The notes beneath the pieces are model-generated. The model saw only the letters and a list, made by a program, of their open reading frames with translations, was not told where the DNA came from and did no database searches. From the IMG/VR virus record IMGVR_UViG_3300006129_000015, positions 1 to 38,622 of that record: 38,622 bases of DNA. One strand, 5' to 3'. Of this stretch, positions 16,755 to 23,481 are shown piece after piece (position 1 is the stretch's first letter; every line of letters begins with the position of its first letter). The translations under genes and the position numbers were made by a program. This DNA is from a virus (taxonomy: Duplodnaviria > Caudoviricetes).

Positions 16755-18648
16755 TCAAACTAATCCAAGCTTTTCGGTCATCTGCACGAGCATGATTAAA
16801 AATCAAATCCAGTGCTTGGTTCAATTTTCCATCATCTACTAGTGGCACCAACTGGGGTTTTGCTAAACTCATTTGCCAATCTACCTTATCCAAAGTACCA
16901 AGTCCTTTGGCACGACGCACATGTGGGTGACCACGCCATTTTTCTGGATCATATTCTCCCACATTGTGAGCATACCAATAATGGCGACCCTTATTTTTAT
17001 CCAATTGTATCAGAAATGGTGTCATGAAAGCATTAAAGAAGGGTGGCTTGTCTGGATCAAATAGCTCTGGCCAATTCAAGTAGAAAAAATTAACTAACAG
17101 GGCCGTAATATTGGCACCATCTGGATCTTGGTCTGCTGCCAACCAAACTTCACCATATCGCAAATTTTTACGATCAGCAGTTTGACCAAAGCTCAAGCCA
17201 ATTGAAATCATAACATTTTGAATGATTTGATTTTCTATTAGTCTTTTTGGTGATTCTCCATGTGCATTGATAATTTTACCACGCAAAGGAAACGTGCCGT
17301 GTATTTCCGGTGTTCGAACAGCTGAAGACATTGAAGCCGCAGAATTGCCTTCACAAATTATGAGGATGCATTTAGTTCGGTCTCGGCCAGTTGCATCCAA
17401 TAAGCTGGGTACTTTTGTTCGCAACATTTTTTTATTGGCTTTGTTGATATCAGCATCATCACGCTTTTGAGTGCGCTTCGCACAACGTTCATATATTTCA
17501 TCTATCCAAGCTCGATTTGATTTAATCAACTTGTCTAAATTTGCTTCATCATCAAAGAATGCTTTGATATATTGATCCACTTCTTCATTGATCAAACGCG
17601 TCTTGCTTTGACTGTCAAAGTTGGGAGCATGCATGGTGGTGACATTGTAGATCAAGAGTCCTTCACTGACATCACTTCGATTGGGAGTGAGTCCACGCTT
17701 TCGGCTTTCTTTTTCCAAAGCACGAATGAGGCCGCCATAAAATAGTTTTTTAAATGTATCGATATGTTGGCCACCATTGAAAGCTGGAATGTCATTTACT
17801 GTGGTGTGAACGATTTCATCACTGTCAGTAAAGTTAGGAACAAGAATATATTGGCTGGAAAACTTGGGTTGGTCTATTACCAGTTTGATAACTGACTGTC
17901 CATCAAAGAAGGTCTTTTCAATTGTGGGTTTTACTAGAATCTTTTTTGTGTTGAACGTGAATTTGATATTGGGATGAGCTGCTGCAATTTCCCAGACTCG
18001 TGCTTGCACAAATTCTAGTGACAATTGGGGATTTTTGAAAACAGATTTACTCAATTTGAAAACAATTCTAGTTCCAGTCTTGCCTTTTAAGGGACTGATC
18101 TTAGGATCAAATATTTGAAGTTGATCAAATAATTCATTTCCTTCTTTGTATTCCTGTGAAAATTTCATGCCATCTCGATAGATATCAACATGAAAATATT
18201 CACTGCAATTGACTACGATTGATGAGCCAACGCCATTAGTTCCTCTTACGATTTCACGGTCGCCAAAGTTTCGACCTGCGCGAGTATGTGTTAGAGCTAG
18301 TGTCGCTTTGTGCATCTTTTCAACTGGATCCCAATCAATTGGAATGCCACGTCCATCATCAATCACTTCAAAAACAAAAGTTTTGGGATCAAATGAAATG
18401 TCTATTTTTGTGCCGTGACCGTGTCCAACAATTTCATCCAGAGCGTTGTCGAAAATTTCACGAAAAAAAGCATAGACTGCTGGTGTCCAAGTTTGTTCTT
18501 GAACTTCTAGTTTGGAACCAGTCCAATTGACAACATTTTGTGTATGTGGTGATTTTGATCCCAACCACATCTCTGTTCTAAGACGCGCATGCTGGTATTC
18601 ACTTAGTTTGACAATCGTGTCTTTTTCTGGTTTGGTTGTTTTTTTCAT
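16747..18648 (-). CDS. type IIA DNA topoisomerase, ATPase/TOPRIM subunit (T4 gp39+60/GyrB-like)
   Basis: GHKL motifs 'EIFDNALDE', 'DDGRGIP', 'GTNGVG'; TOPRIM 'EGNSA', 'PLRGK', 'DQDPDG'; 'KGLG'. Confidence 0.94.
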   Translation of the reverse strand: MKKTTKPEKDTIVKLSEYQHARLRTEMWLGSKSPHTQNVVNWTGSKLEVQEQTWTPAVYAFFREIFDNALDEIVGHGHGTKIDISFDPKTFVFEVIDDGRGIPIDWDPVEKMHKATLALTHTRAGRNFGDREIVRGTNGVGSSIVVNCSEYFHVDIYRDGMKFSQEYKEGNELFDQLQIFDPKISPLKGKTGTRIVFKLSKSVFKNPQLSLEFVQARVWEIAAAHPNIKFTFNTKKILVKPTIEKTFFDGQSVIKLVIDQPKFSSQYILVPNFTDSDEIVHTTVNDIPAFNGGQHIDTFKKLFYGGLIRALEKESRKRGLTPNRSDVSEGLLIYNVTTMHAPNFDSQSKTRLINEEVDQYIKAFFDDEANLDKLIKSNRAWIDEIYERCAKRTQKRDDADINKANKKMLRTKVPSLLDATGRDRTKCILIICEGNSAASMSSAVRTPEIHGTFPLRGKIINAHGESPKRLIENQIIQNVMISIGLSFGQTADRKNLRYGEVWLAADQDPDGANITALLVNFFYLNWPELFDPDKPPFFNAFMTPFLIQLDKNKGRHYWYAHNVGEYDPEKWRGHPHVRRAKGLGTLDKVDWQMSLAKPQLVPLVDDGKLNQALDLIFNHARADDRKAWISLNG

Positions 18649-18712
18649 TCATATTCCACTAGGAAGCAATATTTATATCTAAGGAATCAATTGGTTCAAT
18701 GTCAAGCATTTA

Positions 18713-18743
18713 GAAAAAGAAAGCAGCATTTCTGCTGCTTTCT
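18713..18743 (-). terminator. intrinsic terminator after the tmRNA
   Basis: AGAAAGCAGCA-GAAA-UGCUGCUUUCU followed by a U-run. Confidence 0.8.
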
Positions 18744-18744
18744 A

Positions 18745-19003
18745 ATGTCAGTTGATTCTGTTATTAGGCTCAACTGACAAATCCCTCGAAAAGTCGCTTA
18801 CGCGGCCATTTCCATGAATGCATTATCGTTAGCATTTCTTACGTTTGGACTAATTGCAGGTCGTTCCTTACCTAAAGCCTAAATATCATCTCTATTACCT
18901 GTCGATAACTAGTCACCCACATATGAAAGTGGGAGAAGTTGGTGTAGGTGGAGGAATTCGCATCCTCGTCCAGTCTAACATTGAATCTACGTCAAGCAGC
19001 TTC
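18745..19003 (-). ncRNA. ssrA: circularly permuted two-piece tmRNA
   Basis: Acceptor piece ends GAGGA-UGCGAAU-UCCUC-CACCUAC-A-CCA (3' end at 18940). After a 19-nt spacer the coding piece starts GUGGGUG...AUCGAC (5' end at 18920), giving a G3-U70 pair. Tag ORF 18833-18798 = ANDNAFMEMAA*. Outer ends approximate. Confidence 0.92.
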
Positions 19004-19008
19004 AAAGA

Positions 19009-19039
19009 TATTTATGCATTCTTTTTAGAGAATTGTCAA
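19009..19039 (-). promoter_or_regulatory. composite promoter TTGACA-N17-CATAAATA for the tmRNA
   Basis: tgtcaa at 19034-19039, tatttatg at 19009-19016. Confidence 0.72.
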
Positions 19040-19042
19040 ATG

Positions 19043-19112
19043 AAAAGCCACCGACATCTCAACCAAATCTTTTGGAAATGGGTACTGGATTCACAGCTGA
19101 GTCGGTGACTTC
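19043..19112 (-). ncRNA. candidate ~70-nt rod-shaped small RNA
   Basis: Starts ~6 nt after a perfect TATAAATA (19118-19125). AGUCACCGAC/GUCGGUGGCU terminal stem, inner UCAGC/GUUGA and GAAUC/GAUUU stems, ends in UUUU. Confidence 0.5.
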
Positions 19113-19144
19113 TAAAATATTTATATATCACAAATTATTCAAAG

Positions 19145-19552
19145 TCAATCATCTTGTTCTCGACGACGATGTTTTTCAATCAATCGTTGCCTAAGTCCCA
19201 ATCCCTTGCCTGTATATTTTTTATGTCCTTTATGACTTTTTATACCAGGAATTGGCAATCCTTGTTCAGCAGCTTTTGCGATTTCCTGTCGACGTCGTTC
19301 CCAATAAGTCACTCGTTTAGGCCAATTAGAATTGATCCAATCATCAACATCCACCGGTTGTCCTAAATCATCCCGTACAATCCAGTCATTGACAATGATT
19401 TGTTCTTTATAAGAATCAAAAACATATTTGACATATAATTTGTTGGACCAACGGCCCCAGTCTCTTAAAAATTGGTTGACTTCATCTATAGATGTCAAAA
19501 GAATAGTGTAGCCACTTTTATGAATGGCCAGTAGTGGAAATTGATATTGCAT
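19145..19552 (-). CDS. hypothetical protein with basic C-terminus
   Basis: AGGAG RBS; 135-aa ORF. Confidence 0.7.
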   Translation of the reverse strand: MQYQFPLLAIHKSGYTILLTSIDEVNQFLRDWGRWSNKLYVKYVFDSYKEQIIVNDWIVRDDLGQPVDVDDWINSNWPKRVTYWERRRQEIAKAAEQGLPIPGIKSHKGHKKYTGKGLGLRQRLIEKHRRREQDD

Positions 19553-19619
19553 GTTTATCTCCTAAGCTAACCTGCTTAGAAGACGTCCTGATCCAAATAA
19601 TTCATCTCGTTATTTAATC

Positions 19620-19793
19620 TTATTCATCAATCAATTGTTTTTGAACCATTTCCACTGCTTGGTCCAAATACATTTGTCGCTTTTTGAAGCTCAACTTTTC
19701 CCAAGCGGCTGCATCACAACCAGCATTCAAGAGGGCTTGTTGCCGGACTCGACCAGCATAGTAGAATTCCACATCTGCTTTGTTCAATTGCAT
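19620..19793 (-). CDS. small hypothetical protein (57 aa)
   Basis: Manual ORF MQLNKADVEFYYAGRVRQQALL...QLIDE; AAGGAG RBS; TTGACA-N17-TATCTA upstream. Confidence 0.65.
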   Translation of the reverse strand: MQLNKADVEFYYAGRVRQQALLNAGCDAAAWEKLSFKKRQMYLDQAVEMVQKQLIDE

Positions 19794-19851
19794 TAGAAAT
19801 CTCCTTCGACAAATAGATAGTTGTTTTTTATCTGATTGTCAAGAAGAGTCT

Positions 19852-19879
19852 GAAGACGGTCTCCGAAAAGACCGCCTTC
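19852..19879 (-). terminator. terminator-like hairpin after the lipoprotein gene
   Basis: GAAGGCGGUCU-UUUCGG-AGACCGUCUUC. Confidence 0.55.
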
Positions 19880-19917
19880 GAATGCACCTACTACATATGG
19901 CAGCGGTGACAGTTTAT

Positions 19918-20064
19918 TTAGGTCGGTGCAGTTACGTTGTCTGTAGTAGCATTATCCATCACAGTATTTGTGGTGTTATCAGCAGTGTTGTTTGCTGAAT
20001 TTGAACCACATGCAGCCAAACCCAAAGCAATAGTTGCCATTACGGCAATCATAACAGTTTTCAT
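19918..20064 (-). CDS. small lipoprotein (48 aa, Asn/Thr-rich)
   Basis: Manual ORF MKTVMIAVMATIALGLAAC-GSNSANNTADNTTNTVMDNATTDNVTAPT; lipobox LAAC; GGAG RBS. Confidence 0.8.
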   Translation of the reverse strand: MKTVMIAVMATIALGLAACGSNSANNTADNTTNTVMDNATTDNVTAPT

Positions 20065-20127
20065 TTTTCGTTCTCCAGTTAAAAAACAATTATATGTGAT
20101 GCGGACTTATGAAGTCAAGCTTGTTAC

Positions 20128-21290
20128 TTCTTACGAGCATAATGCTGTTGTATCTTTAGATCAACAGATAACGGCGGGTTAAATAAAAACAAATTGCAAA
20201 TTGTTTGATAATTAAATATAAATGAATATGAAAGTAACCTATTTAGTAAAACATAATCGTGATTACACAGACGAGCTAACAAAAGCTCGTCTGGTTGCTG
20301 AATGGGCTATTCAAAATAAATTTCAAACCAGTTCCAAACACGTAAAACATATTGGACTTAAATCGGCTATTGCTTGCCAAATATTGCGTAAATATGGCAG
20401 AAATAAAAACTGTAAGTCAATCACTTCTGTTAAATTGACTATACCTGGTGCTAATGGAAATATACAAATAACCAAAAACGGCGAAATTAAAATCACTTGT
20501 CTAAATGAGCTATTCGTACCCTGGTTTGATTTAACAAACATTACTAAAATATGTCAAATAGAAGCTGATAACGAAAAATATTATATTACTTGTGAGATTG
20601 ATGAAGAAATACCAAATAATCCAGAATCATATATTGGTGTTGATTTGAATTCAACAGAACATTTTGCTGTGATATCAAGTGGCAATAAGATAATCAAACG
20701 CGGTAAGCGTCTACGTCATACCAAAGAAGCTGCTATTGCACATCGAGCTAGATTGCAGAGAAAGAAACATTATAAACAGATCAAAAGAAACAAAAACAAG
20801 GAACGTCGTCGTGTACGTGATCAATTACATAAAATAACACGCGAACTAGTTGATCTTGCCAAATCAACAGGACAAGGCATTAGAATAGAAAATTTGACGG
20901 GAATACGTAAGAAAACAACAAAGAAATATCGAACAAAAAGCAATCGTACCACAAATAACTGGAATTATAGTTTGTTTAGGCAAATGCTGGAATACAAAGC
21001 CAAGATATGTGGTGTAGTTGTTGAAGCTATTAATCCATTCAACACAAGTAAAACTTGTTCTAGATGTGGCGCAATAGGTCTTCGAGAACACAAAAAATTT
21101 GAATGTCTGGATTGTGGACATCGAGATCATGCCGATTCAAATGCAGCTTTCAATATTGCATTGGGATCACTGATCACTCCTACTAGTAAAGCGCCTAGTA
21201 GTGATGGCTGCTGTGAATCAGCCACGTCAGCTCTGTCTGTGAAAGCCGGACAGCTGGAAGCTGTTGCTCTTTAGATCAACAGTCGTTCAC
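20128..21290 (+). mobile_element. non-autonomous IS200/IS605-family (TnpB-only, IS1341-like) element
   Basis: The same subterminal hairpin CTGTTG..TCTTTAGATCAACAG occurs at 20145-20167 and 21261-21282. Right end is GAAG-hairpin-TCGTTCAC. TTAC lies just left of the left end (20124-27, alternative 20131-34). No tnpA. Confidence 0.8.
20222..21274 (+). CDS. tnpB: TnpB RNA-guided endonuclease
   Basis: RuvC-I 'GVDLN', RuvC-II 'IENL', 'TSKTCSRCG...FECLDCG' zinc finger, RuvC-III 'HADSNAAFNI'. Confidence 0.93.
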   Translation: MNMKVTYLVKHNRDYTDELTKARLVAEWAIQNKFQTSSKHVKHIGLKSAIACQILRKYGRNKNCKSITSVKLTIPGANGNIQITKNGEIKITCLNELFVPWFDLTNITKICQIEADNEKYYITCEIDEEIPNNPESYIGVDLNSTEHFAVISSGNKIIKRGKRLRHTKEAAIAHRARLQRKKHYKQIKRNKNKERRRVRDQLHKITRELVDLAKSTGQGIRIENLTGIRKKTTKKYRTKSNRTTNNWNYSLFRQMLEYKAKICGVVVEAINPFNTSKTCSRCGAIGLREHKKFECLDCGHRDHADSNAAFNIALGSLITPTSKAPSSDGCCESATSALSVKAGQLEAVAL

Positions 21291-21629
21291 TTAGAAAATT
21301 TCATAGCAGGTGCGAATATATTTCATTTCATATCGAGAAAATTCCCAACCAGAACAAGCATATGATTTCCAGGGTTGATAGCCAAAGCTTGGAACATAGT
21401 GCGTTTCATATGCATAGCGTGGATGAAAAACAAACCAAGCATGATAATCTGAATCACGATCTTGATTCCTATTGCGATCATATTCAAATCTGGGCGCAGG
21501 GTGATTGCCCCATTGTTCACGATCATGTCGCTCATGCCGATCCCAATCGTGCCGTTCTTCAGCAGAAACTACCGTTGCGATTGACATAAAAGACATTGCC
21601 ATTAGAAATAATAGAACTAATTTTTTCAT
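21291..21629 (-). CDS. secreted hypothetical protein (signal peptide, R/D/H-rich)
   Basis: MKKLVLLFLMAMSFMSIATVVSA-EERHDWDRHE; AAGGAG RBS before 21629. Confidence 0.7.
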   Translation of the reverse strand: MKKLVLLFLMAMSFMSIATVVSAEERHDWDRHERHDREQWGNHPAPRFEYDRNRNQDRDSDYHAWFVFHPRYAYETHYVPSFGYQPWKSYACSGWEFSRYEMKYIRTCYEIF

Positions 21630-21685
21630 TTGAAGTCTCCTTCTACTCAAACTATACAGTTATTTATTGAACGATCATTGAACGA

Positions 21686-22033
21686 TCAAACAATTAATTT
21701 TGAAACACTGGAATTCTTTGCAGGAACTTCTAGTCCAGTTGTATTTGTAATATAACCATTCTTTGCTTGTTCGCTACTAAGTTGAATTGTCAAACAATGT
21801 GACTTTGAAAAAGTCAGTGTAGAGTCTTGGTCAATGCCCAACATATAATAGGGACTCATCGTGATTCCAGATTGACCAGTGTGATCATTCACAAAAACAC
21901 TCAAGATCAGTGGTTTTGAAATTGTAATTGTGGTATCATCCTGCGCAATAAATTTGCCGATCAGTTCATCATTGTTGATAAGTTTAATAGAGATGATGTC
22001 GTTTGCTGCAATCGTCGTTTTCTTAATTAACAT
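21686..22033 (-). CDS. conserved phage hypothetical protein (Sm-like fold possible)
   Basis: 'IISIKLINNDELIGKF...ITISKPL' pattern; AAGGA RBS. Confidence 0.6.
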   Translation of the reverse strand: MLIKKTTIAANDIISIKLINNDELIGKFIAQDDTTITISKPLILSVFVNDHTGQSGITMSPYYMLGIDQDSTLTFSKSHCLTIQLSSEQAKNGYITNTTGLEVPAKNSSVSKLIV

Positions 22034-22086
22034 GGTTTTCCTTTTTGATATTCATCAATTATTTTCAAAAAAGATGTCAAATGCAA

Positions 22087-22350
22087 TTATTGATTTTGAA
22101 AGAATGCTGACAGCTCATCATATCCACCAATATAGCTGGAATTTAACCAGATCTGCGGAACTGATTTGGCATTTGGCAATTTTTCCAAAAGATCTTCACG
22201 GGTGGTATATTGTTGGTTTGGTTTTAGTGGTTTTTCATTGAATCCCGGACTGATAATCATTTCCTGATAGGCAATGTTTTTTGAATCCAACAATTTTTTT
22301 GCTTGCACGCAATAGGGGCAATTGTCTTTGGAATAGATAATAGCGTTCAT
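22087..22350 (-). CDS. glutaredoxin
   Basis: CPYC, 'SVPQI', 'YIGGYDEL'; directly downstream of nrdB. Confidence 0.93.
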   Translation of the reverse strand: MNAIIYSKDNCPYCVQAKKLLDSKNIAYQEMIISPGFNEKPLKPNQQYTTREDLLEKLPNAKSVPQIWLNSSYIGGYDELSAFFQNQ

Positions 22351-22371
22351 GTTTCTCCTTGGGTTGCTATT

Positions 22372-23466
22372 TTATAAATTTGGTAGAGCTGCATAATCAA
22401 TTGAATCACTCATCATACCAATAAGATAAGAAGTGTTTTCCATTTCTTGCAAGGCTGGTTGGCGAGAATTCAAGTTAACATATTTGTTGAACCAGGGAAT
22501 AGGATTATTTTTGGGAGCTGGTTCATTATATTTGATTCCAATATCTTTTAGTCTGGTTGCTGCGGTCCAATCAACAAAGTCTCGTAATATTTCTGTGTTT
22601 AGTCCAATTACCACACCTTTTTTAAACAAGAATGCAGCCCATTGTTTTTCTTCTTCAATCACATCAGAATATAGTTGATAGACTTCTGATTTGGCTTCTT
22701 GTGCAATAGCAACAAAATCAGGATCTTCTTTAACGACGTTATTGATTATCCAAGCAGTCCATTCAGTATGTAGTAATTCATCCTGAAGAATCAAACTAAT
22801 AATGTTGCCATTTCCCGTATAAATTTGATTTTCAACCATGGCAAGTGAGGTTGCAAAGCTGACCATAAAACGCAGAGCTTCTAGCGCATAGCTAGCATGC
22901 AATGCCATCCAAATTGCTCTTTTGTGAGCTATTCGATCTACCGGCATACCAAGTTCAACTTGACAATTCAATTTATGCAAAGCGTCATAGTAGATCCCAA
23001 CGTTGGCCGCCATACCAATTATTTCACTGGTGTCATGTATTTTGTTAAATTCATCTTTGGGCACATTGTAGATATTTCGGATTATGTGGCTATAGCTTTT
23101 CGAATGAATATTAGTTTCAAACATTGACCAAATTAAAACCAGCGATTCCAATTCAGGAAGTGATACGACAGGTGTAAAAATTTGAACAGGAGCTCGTCCT
23201 TGTATGCTGTCTAATGCAGTTTGCCTTAATAAATTACTTGTGAAAATATGTTTGATTGGTTCACTCGCATCCTTGTGATCAATCTTGTCTCTGGTAAGAC
23301 TGATTTCTTCGGGTACCCAAAAATAACCTTTTTGAATTTCTTCAAATTTTGCAATCTTTGGATATCGGTATTCTTCAAAACGCTGTACCGTAACTGTTCC
23401 ATCAAGAAACATTTTACGAGACAGGTAATTGGGATTATAACTTAAGTCATAACTTTTAGTAGTCAT
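22372..23466 (-). CDS. nrdB: ribonucleotide reductase class Ia beta subunit
   Basis: 'FW.PEEI', 'LDSIQGR', 'ETNIHSKSY', 'LEALRF.VSFA', 'DELLH', 'QE.E.TSY'. Confidence 0.95.
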   Translation of the reverse strand: MTTKSYDLSYNPNYLSRKMFLDGTVTVQRFEEYRYPKIAKFEEIQKGYFWVPEEISLTRDKIDHKDASEPIKHIFTSNLLRQTALDSIQGRAPVQIFTPVVSLPELESLVLIWSMFETNIHSKSYSHIIRNIYNVPKDEFNKIHDTSEIIGMAANVGIYYDALHKLNCQVELGMPVDRIAHKRAIWMALHASYALEALRFMVSFATSLAMVENQIYTGNGNIISLILQDELLHTEWTAWIINNVVKEDPDFVAIAQEAKSEVYQLYSDVIEEEKQWAAFLFKKGVVIGLNTEILRDFVDWTAATRLKDIGIKYNEPAPKNNPIPWFNKYVNLNSRQPALQEMENTSYLIGMMSDSIDYAALPNL

Positions 23467-23481
23467 AGTCTTCCTTTTAAA

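Noticed and set aside
18854-19108. 84-aa plus-strand ORF from the track
   Set aside because: Antisense to the tmRNA and candidate sRNA; non-ATG start and no RBS.
19780-20182. Plus-strand ORFs 19780-19998 and 19937-20182
   Set aside because: Shadow frames of minus-strand small genes that have proper RBS and a lipobox.
20222-21274. Cas12f/type V CRISPR effector
   Set aside because: Flanked by IS200/IS605 end hairpins with no array, so it is a transposon TnpB.
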